From Planctomycetota bacterium (GTDB lineage: Bacteria > Planctomycetota > UBA1135 > UBA2386): a stretch of DNA of 64,000 bases. The notes under the pieces are model-generated. The model searched no databases. It was not told where the DNA came from and saw nothing but the letters and a program-made list of their open reading frames with translations. The translations under genes were made by a program, and so were the position numbers. Location: positions 1,329-65,328 of the forward strand of contig DASUFY010000243.1 of assembly GCA_036274315.1 (NCBI GenBank), in the 5' to 3' direction. Positions 1-8,082 of the stretch are shown here, in pieces. Position 1 is the stretch's first letter, and each line of letters starts with the position of its first letter.

Positions 1-319
1 AGGAGCGCGCAACCGGCACCGAGACCGTCGACCGACGCGGCGCCACGCCTGCGGCCATGCTGCTCGCGCTGGGTCGCGATGCCGCTGACTTGCTCGAGGG
101 CCTGGGCCCGCATCGTGGCGCCATGGCTGGCGGTCAACGTCGTCGTGCGCGGATGGTCGAGCAACCTCGAGCTTGCGGCTGCGTCGATCTCGCTGCGTCG
201 TTGATGCCGCGGATGCCCCGAGACGCCGGAGACCGATCGAGTCAGACCGATCGGGTGATGGCGCGGGCTAACGTCTTTGACCATCAGGCGCGAGCGGCGC
301 GCTCGAGGGCTCTGGCATT

Positions 320-370
320 CTCGGTTGCTCTTGAACCTCGGTTGCTCTTCCGACTCGGTTGCTTCAACGC
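320..370. repeat. 17-nt tandem repeat x3 (core TCGGTTGCT at 321, 338, 355)
   Basis: Direct reading gives tcggttgctcttgaacc / tcggttgctcttccgac / tcggttgcttcaacgcg. The core matches the 3' arm of the hairpins at 754-759 and 3363-3371. Confidence 0.7.
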
Positions 371-505
371 GCCGCTCGTCGCTTGCATGGTCTTGTTGGC
401 TGGCGAGCATGGTCAGTCGCACATCCGGCGCGCGACACAAGCCGCTGACCCCGGGCTCATCCGCTGAACTGGGCCCTGGCGAGTCAGTCGGAACGCCGCC
501 CTCAT

Positions 506-765
506 GCGGGCGTCGCGCAGCAGACAGTCCGTCGCGCGTCGCGCACCGGCGCAACTTGCCGGCATTGCGCACGCGCGCATCAACGACACCGGCAGGCGTC
601 GCGCATCGACGAGTCAGGCGGGCGTCGCGCGACCGCGCACCTTGGGGCATCGCGCATCCGCTGATCAACGGCGCCAACGGGCATCGCGCATCAACGAGTC
701 CGGAAGGCGTCGCGCATCCGCGCAACCGACGGGCGCCGCGTAACCGAGGTGCTTCGGTTGCTTTG
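506..765 (+). repeat. Intergenic repeat element, expanded copy, ending in a hairpin plus T-tract
   Basis: Starts with gcgggcgtcgcgca. It shares a block of about 47 nt (gcgcaacttgccggcat.gcgca...catcaacgacaccggc) with 3300-3346. Internally it carries degenerate G(C/G)(G/A)TCGCGCA(T/C)C units every 25-35 nt. It ends in the hairpin aaccga-ggtgct-tcggtt (742-759) followed by gcTTTg. Confidence 0.6.
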
Positions 766-1077
766 GAGCTTTGGAACAGATGTGCATGTGCACCGCGTCG
801 GCTATGCCCTGCATCTTCATCGACTTCAGGTGCTGCACGCCGTGGCGCAGAGAGCGCGTACATTCGCGCTGCCGTGGGTAGCCTCCAAACGAGTCGAGTC
901 TCCACCCCACAGGCATTCCGTGGTGGCCACAAATCCCATCATTCGTTGGTCCTTCGACCCAGGCGGGACGTATTGACCGCGACAACGGCGTCCTCGCACA
1001 CTTACAAGGCTCCTTGAGGAGGACTCGGCACAAGGCTGGATCCTCATCAAATCCCTACCTCAGAAAAGGACAGAACC

Positions 1078-1296
1078 ATGAAGATTGCCCTCTGCGTATC
1101 GAGTCTCTTGGTCTTCGGAGGCTTCGCCAGTGCTGCCGCGCCTCTGCCGTTCGAGCCGCCGGGCGCTGCGCCGGCGTGCCCAACCATCAACCCACCGGGA
1201 ACCAGTTGCATGCCCAACGAAGCGTGCATCCGGCGCGGGGGAGAGTGCGCCGTCACCGACGCCACCGTCCCGATCACGTGCAAGTGCGTGTACTGA
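1078..1296 (+). CDS. Small secreted cysteine-rich peptide (72 aa, 6 Cys in a mature part of about 50 aa)
   Basis: AAAGGA SD lies about 8 nt upstream of the ATG. The N-terminus MKIALCVSSLLVFGGFASAAA is signal-peptide-like. The mature part holds 6 Cys. The local sequence is less GC-rich than its flanks. Confidence 0.65.
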   Translation: MKIALCVSSLLVFGGFASAAAPLPFEPPGAAPACPTINPPGTSCMPNEACIRRGGECAVTDATVPITCKCVY

Positions 1297-1358
1297 TGAC
1301 GACCTGACCAGCGCCCGTACGGCGGGCGCAGGCTGCTGCCACAAACAGGACTGATCCG

Positions 1359-3194
1359 ATGACCGCTCGTGCCGATTCCAAGCGCCCCATTCTGGCGATT
1401 GGCTTGCTCGCAGTATTGGTTGCAACGGCGTGGATCGTGGTCGCCGATCCGTTGGCATGGCGCGATGCGCCGTCCGGTCGAACGACGGCGTCTGCACCGG
1501 ACGCAGCTCCGGTTGGGGGAGTTGTTTGGCCGGAGGTGCTGCCCTACCAGGAGGCGCGCCGGTCCCTCGTGCCCGTGCCATCGGAGGGCAGCCCTGGCAG
1601 CGAGTCTTCGCTCCTCGGCCATGTCCTGGATGAAGGGACTGGTCTTCCAGTTGCCGATGTCCGGGTGCGTCTCGACCTGCCGGCCTCCTCGGAGGCCAGC
1701 GGGGGTGTGGAGACGATCGAGGCCGCGACGACGCGCTCCGGTGAGTTCCGCGTCGATCTGCCTCGGCACGTCATCAGCGATAGTGTGTGTCGAGCAGTCG
1801 TTGTGGATGCCGTCAAGGAGGTCCTGTTTGCAGGACAAGTACAACTGACAAATGGGCTGGTTCTGCTGGTACCTCGTTCGCTAGCATTGCACGGCGCGGT
1901 CGACGGGGTTGCCGACGTTTGTGACCGCGGCGCTTCCTTCGTGCTGGTGCAGGAACTGGGAATGGGGCGTTCGCGCAATCTCGGCCAAGGAACCCTCGAT
2001 GCGCAGGGACGATTCCAGGTGCACTGTCGTACTGCGGATGCAACCCTGCCGGTCCGCGTCCGCGTAGGCTGCGGGTCCGCCATCCACGCGCTGACGACGG
2101 ATGTCGCGACGCTCAGCTCGTTGGAGGGCTTCCTCGGGACTCTCCAGACGCGCAGCTTAGTCGTACGGACAGTGGATGAGGCCGGGGCTTCGGTGATTGG
2201 AGCGGAAGTAGGCGTTGCCCCGCCGGAGATCAGCCGGAATGGTGCCGTCGTTCGGGCGACCACGGACGCGCAGGGCCTCGCGATCTTGCGGGTGAGCAGC
2301 GCACCAACTCTCCTTGTTGCTGCCGCGGCAACAGGTCGGCGCCAAGCCCACGCGGCCGTTGCCGAGGAGTCGTGGCCCAGCGAACTCCGACTCACGCTGG
2401 GAGCGTTGGGGCCGAGCGACGTGCTCGCTGGCTATGTGCGCAACGAACATGGCGCTCCGCATGCGAATGCCGTAGTCACCGCACTGCCTACATCTCGTGC
2501 TAGTCTGCTGAAGACACTGTTGCCCGCTCAGGCGCGGACGGCGGAGGACGGCAGCTTCTCGTTGCAGGTCGGTGGCGACGTCCAATTCGAGCTGACTGCG
2601 TTCTCGAAGCAGAGCGGCATGAGTGCCGTCGTGATCGGCTCGCCACCGGCGGAGAACTTGTTGATCCCGCTGCCGGAAGGCCGGGCCCTGCGGATCCACG
2701 CCGTGGCGCCCCAGACCGATGCCGTCTCGCGCGGCGGCGATGTCCAATGGTGTTTGATGCAGGTGGGGACGGCAGCGGAGATCGTCGGTGCGGATTCTCT
2801 GCCGTTCACAACGGAGCCCATTCCTGCGGGGGAGTACAACTTCGCAGTGTTCTGGCAGGAAGCCGGCCTCTTTGCCGAGGCCTCGGTATCGGTTACGAGT
2901 GCGTCCGAACCGCAGGAGATCCTGGTCTTCCTGAGCGAACCGAATTGGTTCGAGGGTCGCGTGGACGCGCAGCGATCGTCGGCTCTGCGCGTGCGTCACA
3001 AGCACCGCATGTGGACCGAGTCACCGGTGTGGCTTTGGTCCACCGCGCCTTGTGGCGCGGATGGGTCGTTCCGGGTGCTCGCGGGAAGGGAGCAAACCGG
3101 CGACCTCGAAGTGCTGGATGCGGGCGGCACCGTGGTTGGCCGCGGCAAAGGCCGATGCAACGAGCCGGTCCGGCTCGCGATATCGAGCCGGTGA
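1359..3194 (+). CDS. Membrane-anchored protein with carboxypeptidase-regulatory-like (CarboxypepD_reg-type) repeats
   Basis: N-terminal TM segment ILAIGLLAVLVATAWIVV. Repeated GxVxDExGxPxAxxxV...xDGxF motifs, e.g. GHVLDEGTGLPVADVRVRL...RSGEFRV and GYVRNEHGAPHANAVVTAL...EDGSFSL. Confidence 0.7.
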   Translation: MTARADSKRPILAIGLLAVLVATAWIVVADPLAWRDAPSGRTTASAPDAAPVGGVVWPEVLPYQEARRSLVPVPSEGSPGSESSLLGHVLDEGTGLPVADVRVRLDLPASSEASGGVETIEAATTRSGEFRVDLPRHVISDSVCRAVVVDAVKEVLFAGQVQLTNGLVLLVPRSLALHGAVDGVADVCDRGASFVLVQELGMGRSRNLGQGTLDAQGRFQVHCRTADATLPVRVRVGCGSAIHALTTDVATLSSLEGFLGTLQTRSLVVRTVDEAGASVIGAEVGVAPPEISRNGAVVRATTDAQGLAILRVSSAPTLLVAAAATGRRQAHAAVAEESWPSELRLTLGALGPSDVLAGYVRNEHGAPHANAVVTALPTSRASLLKTLLPAQARTAEDGSFSLQVGGDVQFELTAFSKQSGMSAVVIGSPPAENLLIPLPEGRALRIHAVAPQTDAVSRGGDVQWCLMQVGTAAEIVGADSLPFTTEPIPAGEYNFAVFWQEAGLFAEASVSVTSASEPQEILVFLSEPNWFEGRVDAQRSSALRVRHKHRMWTESPVWLWSTAPCGADGSFRVLAGREQTGDLEVLDAGGTVVGRGKGRCNEPVRLAISSR

Positions 3195-3282
3195 GTCGCA
3201 CGCTCAAGCCAGAGCGTGCTGACGGCAGCGGCGATCGCGGCAGGCTGTTCCATCGGCCTCAGGTCCGAACGACGGACCTCGT

Positions 3283-3375
3283 GCGGGCGTCGCGCACTTG
3301 CGCAACTTGCCGGCATCGCGCATCCGCCATCAACGACACCGGCGGGTCGCGCAACCGAGATGCTCGGTTGCTTTG
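3283..3375 (+). repeat. Intergenic repeat element, short copy, with a perfect 9-bp hairpin plus T-tract (terminator-like)
   Basis: Same 5' end (gcgggcgtcgcgca) and shared block as 506-765. Hairpin gcaaccgag-atg-ctcggttgc (3351-3371) is followed by TTTG. The element lies 89 nt after the stop of the 1359..3194 CDS. Confidence 0.6.
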
Positions 3376-3789
3376 TAAACACAAATGCCTCAGCCGAGTC
3401 CAGCCAACTCGTAGTCGATGGAAATGCCGACCTCCGGCACGTCCGTGTTCCAGGGGAGCCTACCGGCAACTCTCGACGACGCAACCGCCGCCGCTGATGT
3501 GAGGTGCGCCGGCCCGATGCGAGTCGGCGAGAACTGTCTATCCACGGCGCGGGGCTCCAGGCGCGGCAACCGTGGCAATCGGAGCTGATGCAGTCGCGGC
3601 CGGGACAGGAGCAAGCGCGGCAGATGGAACGTCTCAGCTGCCTTGCCGCACGACGAGCGCGATGCGGGCGACGACCAGCGCGGTGCCGATCGCGGGCGGC
3701 AGACCGACCCTGCAGTCGCCGACGAGCGCGGAGACAGCATCGCGAACACTGGCTTCAGATAGGAGATGAGCGCGACCCGCAACTCCGGC

Positions 3790-4010
3790 ACCACAACCCG
3801 CGGTCGCTCCCAAAGCACGCGAGCTTCGTCTCACCCACAGCACGGATCTCGCCATCACGTTCGCGGCGCGCTTCGTAGGCGAGCACGAGGGCGCGTTGCC
3901 CGCCTCGGCGTTGCGCACGCCGATGACCACCACCTCGTCGTAGCCGACACGCCTGTGGTAGCGACAGAGAACCCGCAGCTGGTCCGGGATTCTGGCAAGC
4001 TTGTCCTTGG
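3790..4010 (-). pseudogene. Frameshifted C-terminal fragment of a 4HBT/YbgC-type acyl-CoA thioesterase (diverged paralog of 15515..15922)
   Basis: Two minus frames give CRYHRRVGYDEVVVIGVRNAEAGNA and then LVLAYEARRERDGEIRAVGETKLAC. The intact gene has CRYLKPVDYDDVVAIAVRIAEAGKAAIVLAYEARRERDGEVCAVGTTKLAC. A 1-nt deletion sits near 3895 and the N-terminal half is missing. Confidence 0.6.
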
Positions 4011-4043
4011 TCCGAGGACAACTTGACCCGAGCTTGTCCTCGG

Positions 4044-4270
4044 ATGAAGGACAACCTGGACGAGGCAGTCGAGGGCCTGCTGGCTGACGCCGGGGCCGAG
4101 CCGGTCCCCGAACCCACTGCGCGCGACGCCACCCTGCCGGCCCCGCCCGGCAAGGTCGACGCCGTCGTCGGCATGCGCCGCGTCGGCAAATCATCGCTGC
4201 TGCTGCGCGCCACGCGCGACTTGCTCGACCGCGGCATCCCGCGGTCGCGCATCAGCGCCACCGTGCCCGG
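4044..4270 (+). pseudogene. N-terminal fragment of an AAA ATPase (COG1373/DUF4143-type)
   Basis: Walker-A context PGKVDAVVGMRRVGKSSLLLRATRDLLDRGIPRSRI. The rest of the long ORF 4023..5687 is antisense to yedE and is not a real continuation. Confidence 0.45.
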
Positions 4271-4424
4271 AGACGTGAACCTGCGCGGCTCGAAACCGCA
4301 CAGGGAGCAGCCGCCGCGGTCGCCGTTGCCGAGGCGCGCCTCGGCCGAGTACCGCCAAGCCATCGCACCGGCACCTCCACCTTGCCATCGGCATCGACCG
4401 CCATCTCCTCGAGGAAGCCTCTCT

Positions 4425-5507
4425 TCACCTACTCGCCGGCGCGCGCGTGACCACCAGACCGTAGACGAGCGCGAACGTGATGCCGACGCCGACGGCGACC
4501 TTGCCCGCCAGCGTGGCACCGCCGGGATCGGTCGCGGTCGCCACGATCGAGACCGGGCCGAGCGTGTGCGCCAGCGCGCCGCCGGCGACGAGGCCAGCGC
4601 AGCCGCAGAACGCATCGGCGTTGCCTTCGCCGGCCATCACGATCTGGCGCACGGGACAGCCGCCGGCGAGCGCTCCGGTCAGGCCAGCGAGGCCGAGCCC
4701 GAGCACGTTCCAGAGCCAATCGCTGTGCGCGATCGCCGGCGAACCGAACGCCGGCTTGCCCGTGAGCAGCACCACGAGCGCGTAGCCGGCCACCAACGCG
4801 GCGGCGCCGCCGAGCATCCATCGCGGGCCGCGAAACACCTGCCGCGCGGCGCTGACCGCGCAGAAGCCGGTCGCCGACAGCGCGACCCCGACCGCCAGCG
4901 CGATGCCGAGGGCGATGAGCCAGTTGGCGTGCGCGGGCGGGCCAACGTCGCCGGGGCCGGGTCCGACCAGCACGCCGGCGAGGAACAACGCCAGGAGCCC
5001 GAGCACCGCGAGCGGCGCCGCGAGCCCGACGATCCACGGCGCCGGCTGTGTCGTGCCGATCGTCTTGCCGCGCCGTTCGATCCACATGCCAGCACCGACG
5101 CCGGCCAGGAAGCCCGGCAGGGCGGCCCAGGCCGTCGGGTCGCCGCCACCCAGACGCTGCAGCATGCGGAACGGGCAGCCGAGGAACACCAGGGCGCCGA
5201 GCGACATGAACAGACAGAGCAGGAAGCGCATGCCGGCGTAGCCGCCCGAACGGCTGCCGCCGCGGCGGCTCGCGAGCGACCAGCCGAATGCGCCGAGCAC
5301 GACGCCCGCAATCTCGGGCCGGAAGATCGCCGGGCCCTTGGCCTGCAGGCCGAGCGCACCCGCGACGTCGCGCAGGAAGCAGGCGCCGCAGATGCCCATG
5401 TTCGCGGGATTGCCCAGCCAGACCAGGATCCCGGCCGCGGCGCCGACGCCTGCCGCGAGCAGGAGCCCGGCGAGGCGGCGGGAGCGCGTTGCTTCACCGC
5501 GCAGCAC
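4425..5507 (-). CDS. yedE: YedE/YeeE-family putative selenium/sulfur-compound transporter
   Basis: Polytopic membrane protein carrying GNPANMGICGACFLRD and GGCPVRQ motifs typical of the YedE selenium-metabolism subfamily. Confidence 0.8.
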   Translation of the reverse strand: MLRGEATRSRRLAGLLLAAGVGAAAGILVWLGNPANMGICGACFLRDVAGALGLQAKGPAIFRPEIAGVVLGAFGWSLASRRGGSRSGGYAGMRFLLCLFMSLGALVFLGCPFRMLQRLGGGDPTAWAALPGFLAGVGAGMWIERRGKTIGTTQPAPWIVGLAAPLAVLGLLALFLAGVLVGPGPGDVGPPAHANWLIALGIALAVGVALSATGFCAVSAARQVFRGPRWMLGGAAALVAGYALVVLLTGKPAFGSPAIAHSDWLWNVLGLGLAGLTGALAGGCPVRQIVMAGEGNADAFCGCAGLVAGGALAHTLGPVSIVATATDPGGATLAGKVAVGVGITFALVYGLVVTRAPASR

Positions 5508-5537
5508 GCGTCCTCTTCGTGCGGTCCGCGGATCGCA

Positions 5538-6590
5538 TCACTGGTCGTGGTAGGTCCAGGTCTTGCTGGTCGAGACCGGCTTGCCGTCGGCTTCGGCGTA
5601 CGGGTTCAGCAGGTAGTTGACCGGCGCGCCAGCCTGCGGCGGTTCGAGCACGAGGTCGCGGCCCGCCGACAGCGTGACGCGGTTTGAGGTGTGCGCGCCG
5701 AAGAAGTAGTCGGCGCGAGCCGGGTTGCGGCCGGCCTCCGAAGCATCGATGGGGACCCACGTCTTGCCGGGCGCGCGGAAGAACGACCAGCAGTGGTAGC
5801 CGCCGGGCGTCTCCTGCTTGCCGACTTCGTAGGGCAGATAGAGGCCGATCTCGAAGCCAGCCGGGATGTTGCTGGCGCGGGCGAGCGACATGAACAGGGC
5901 GTGGAAGTCCGTGCAGTTGCCCTTGCCGACGTCGCAGGCGTAGTTGGTGTCACCGCGCCCCCAGCCCTCGCCCGACTTGTCGTACTTCATGTGCCCGAGC
6001 ACGTAGTCGTAGATCGCACGCGCCTTCTCGACCGTGGTCGTCTTGCCCGCGGTGATCTCGCGCGCCATCGTGCGGATCCGGTCGTCGACGAACGTCAGCT
6101 TGTCGTTGCCCGTGAACACCGCCGGCACGGCCTGCGTCTCGCTGCCTTCCGGCGCCACGCGCGACAAGTCGGTGATCTGCTCGCGCCGCGTACAGGTGAA
6201 CGAGTACGTCGTCTCGACGCTGGCCGTCGGGTCGGCGATCTCCCAGTAGGCGATCCGGTTGCCGAACTTCTTCTCGGTCGTGAGCCGCGGCGCGCTGCCG
6301 GCGAACTTCAGGTCGCGGATCGTCTGCACCGGCGAATCCTGCGGGATCGGCACCCACAGCCGCAGCTGCTTGGTGCCCGCGGGGATGTCCTTGACCTGCG
6401 CCGTGTATTGGATCGCGAACGTGCGTGAGTCGCCGGGCTTCAGGTAGTCCGGATTGGCAGGCATGCGCGCGTACGCGGCTTCCGGACCCCCGGTCGAACC
6501 GCCCGCGGAACCCGCGTCCGCGGAGTGGCAGGCGACGAAGAACAAGACGGGGACGCTGATCGAGAGGCTGCGAACTCGGACGGGGCGCAT
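5538..6590 (-). CDS. Transglutaminase-like lipoprotein (Cys-His-Asp core)
   Basis: ATG at 6590 has a GGGAG SD 6 nt upstream. Lipobox-type signal MRPVRVRSLSISVPVLFFVAC. Transglutaminase core GKGNCTDFHALFMSLARASNIPA...GGYHCWSFF. Confidence 0.85.
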   Translation of the reverse strand: MRPVRVRSLSISVPVLFFVACHSADAGSAGGSTGGPEAAYARMPANPDYLKPGDSRTFAIQYTAQVKDIPAGTKQLRLWVPIPQDSPVQTIRDLKFAGSAPRLTTEKKFGNRIAYWEIADPTASVETTYSFTCTRREQITDLSRVAPEGSETQAVPAVFTGNDKLTFVDDRIRTMAREITAGKTTTVEKARAIYDYVLGHMKYDKSGEGWGRGDTNYACDVGKGNCTDFHALFMSLARASNIPAGFEIGLYLPYEVGKQETPGGYHCWSFFRAPGKTWVPIDASEAGRNPARADYFFGAHTSNRVTLSAGRDLVLEPPQAGAPVNYLLNPYAEADGKPVSTSKTWTYHDQ

Positions 6591-7033
6591 GACGGACTCC
6601 CTTCTTTCGGGTGAGACATTCTTTCTTGGCGACGCAGCGGCAAGCCATGGGCCGGCTCGCCGCACAGACCTGTGCGGGTGCGCGTCAGCGTCAAGTGAAG
6701 GGAAGGTCGGTCAGCAACGGACGCGCAGGGTAGACGCGTCGCACTCGGGTTGTCAAGTCTGGTGCGCTGCGCGCGCGGCTGCCGGCGCCGGGCCAGCTCG
6801 GCATCCGGCTCGGCCGCCGTTCCCCGCGTGCAGGGTCGGCCGCTGGGTTCTGCCATGCCCTTGAGCCTGCTTCCCTGAGCCGCTGCGGGGTGGACTTGGC
6901 GTCGGGACTTTCGGAGTTTGCCCGCCAGCTCGACAGATCCTGGCGAATTGCCTACTCTGTGCCTCGGGTGGTCCGTCCGGCTTCGGCGTCGATCACCGTT
7001 CGTTCTCCCACTCCCACAACTGAGGGTCGGAAC

Positions 7034-7999
7034 ATGAAGTCGCCATGCTTGCCGTCATGGATGCTGGCCGCCGCCACGCTGTCCCTATCCGCATCGGCGC
7101 AGGTCGTGCTGATAGATGGCCCGACGCAAGGCTTCTACAATGGCTCGGTACTGACGGTGCTGAATGGCACCAGCCCCGTGTTTCCTGTCGTTGGGGATCC
7201 CGTGATGCCAACCATCACGACGCCGCCCGACCTGACTCCGGCCAGCTCGATACTCGGTAACTGGCTCACGAACCCCGACAGCCTCAATTCCAACTGGTCG
7301 GCGCTGCAAGCGATCCCCACCGCATGGCCGATAGGAGCGGAGGACGCCATCATCTATCGGATCGAATCGCCGGCGCCGGGCGGCCTGCTCGGCCTGATGA
7401 TCGAGATCGGTGTCGACAATGGCGCTTTCGTATGGTTCGATGGTTCGTACATGACCGGGCAGTTGCTACCAGGGCCTGCCGTCCTTGGTGAAATCACGGT
7501 GACCGTTCCGACGGTGGCTCCAGGAACACACTGGCTGCAGATCCTTCGCGAGGATCATGGGATCACGAACGACTATGTGATCCGAGTCACGGCGTCCGGA
7601 ACCCCCGTGGCCGCAACCTACGGAACTGGGTGCCCAGGCGCCGGCGCCGTCACACCATCGGCCGGCGTGAACGGTCTGCCGCGGCTGGGGAATCCGACCT
7701 TCGGCTTGGTAGTGAGCCAGGCACTGCCCTCGACCATCGCGCTCCCGTTGGGCTCGTTGACGCAAGCGTCCGTGCCCATCGGCGGCAGCTGTCAGGCGTT
7801 GATCGCTCCCCCATTCCTGAACTTCGGCCTGCAGCTGACCGATTTGGCTGGCACCGCCACGTTGCCGCTCGGCCTGCCGATTTCCGCGCAGTTGCTTGGG
7901 GCCCAGTTCTTCTTTCAATGGGCCGTGGTCGACAGCGCCGGCGCGGCCCTTGGCTTCCTGTCGTTGAGCGATGGGATGGAGATCGTGCTCGGCACGTAG
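7034..7999 (+). CDS. Secreted protein with the shared C-terminal module (YGTGC...)
   Basis: Signal peptide MKSPCLPSWMLAAATLSLSASAQ. The last 128 aa or so (7613-7996) align with the C-termini of 47090..48454, 48451..51780 and 57900..59666. Confidence 0.75.
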   Translation: MKSPCLPSWMLAAATLSLSASAQVVLIDGPTQGFYNGSVLTVLNGTSPVFPVVGDPVMPTITTPPDLTPASSILGNWLTNPDSLNSNWSALQAIPTAWPIGAEDAIIYRIESPAPGGLLGLMIEIGVDNGAFVWFDGSYMTGQLLPGPAVLGEITVTVPTVAPGTHWLQILREDHGITNDYVIRVTASGTPVAATYGTGCPGAGAVTPSAGVNGLPRLGNPTFGLVVSQALPSTIALPLGSLTQASVPIGGSCQALIAPPFLNFGLQLTDLAGTATLPLGLPISAQLLGAQFFFQWAVVDSAGAALGFLSLSDGMEIVLGT

Positions 8000-8082
8000 A
8001 TGACTGCTGTTCGAGGGCACGGCGTATCCCGAATCGAGCTCTCCGGAAGGAACCTTTGGCCAGGCGGGCCGGTCGTCGCACG

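Noticed and set aside
1-300. Possible 5' end of a minus-strand gene leaving the window (…MRAQALEQVSGIATQREQHG…)
   Set aside because: The stretch is too short and featureless to support. No motif, SD or homology was recognisable.
506-765. Possible CRISPR array, suggested by regularly recurring GCGTCGCGCA-type units
   Set aside because: The units are only about 12 nt, degenerate and irregularly spaced (25-35 nt). There are no cas genes. A second locus carries the same overall element, so it fits a dispersed repeat better.
780-1050. Possible structured RNA (tmRNA, RNase P, tRNA-like) or integrase fragment in the non-coding leader
   Set aside because: I found no RNase P GAGGAAAGUCC box, tmRNA tag/T-arm or tRNA cloverleaf. 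The minus-frame peptide ...SLRHGVQHLKSMKMQGIADAVH... resembles tyrosine recombinase motifs only loosely. The region remains unexplained.
4271-5687. Continuation of ORF 4023..5687 beyond the ATPase-like N-terminus
   Set aside because: ATPase similarity stops after about 80 aa, and the remainder is antisense to yedE.
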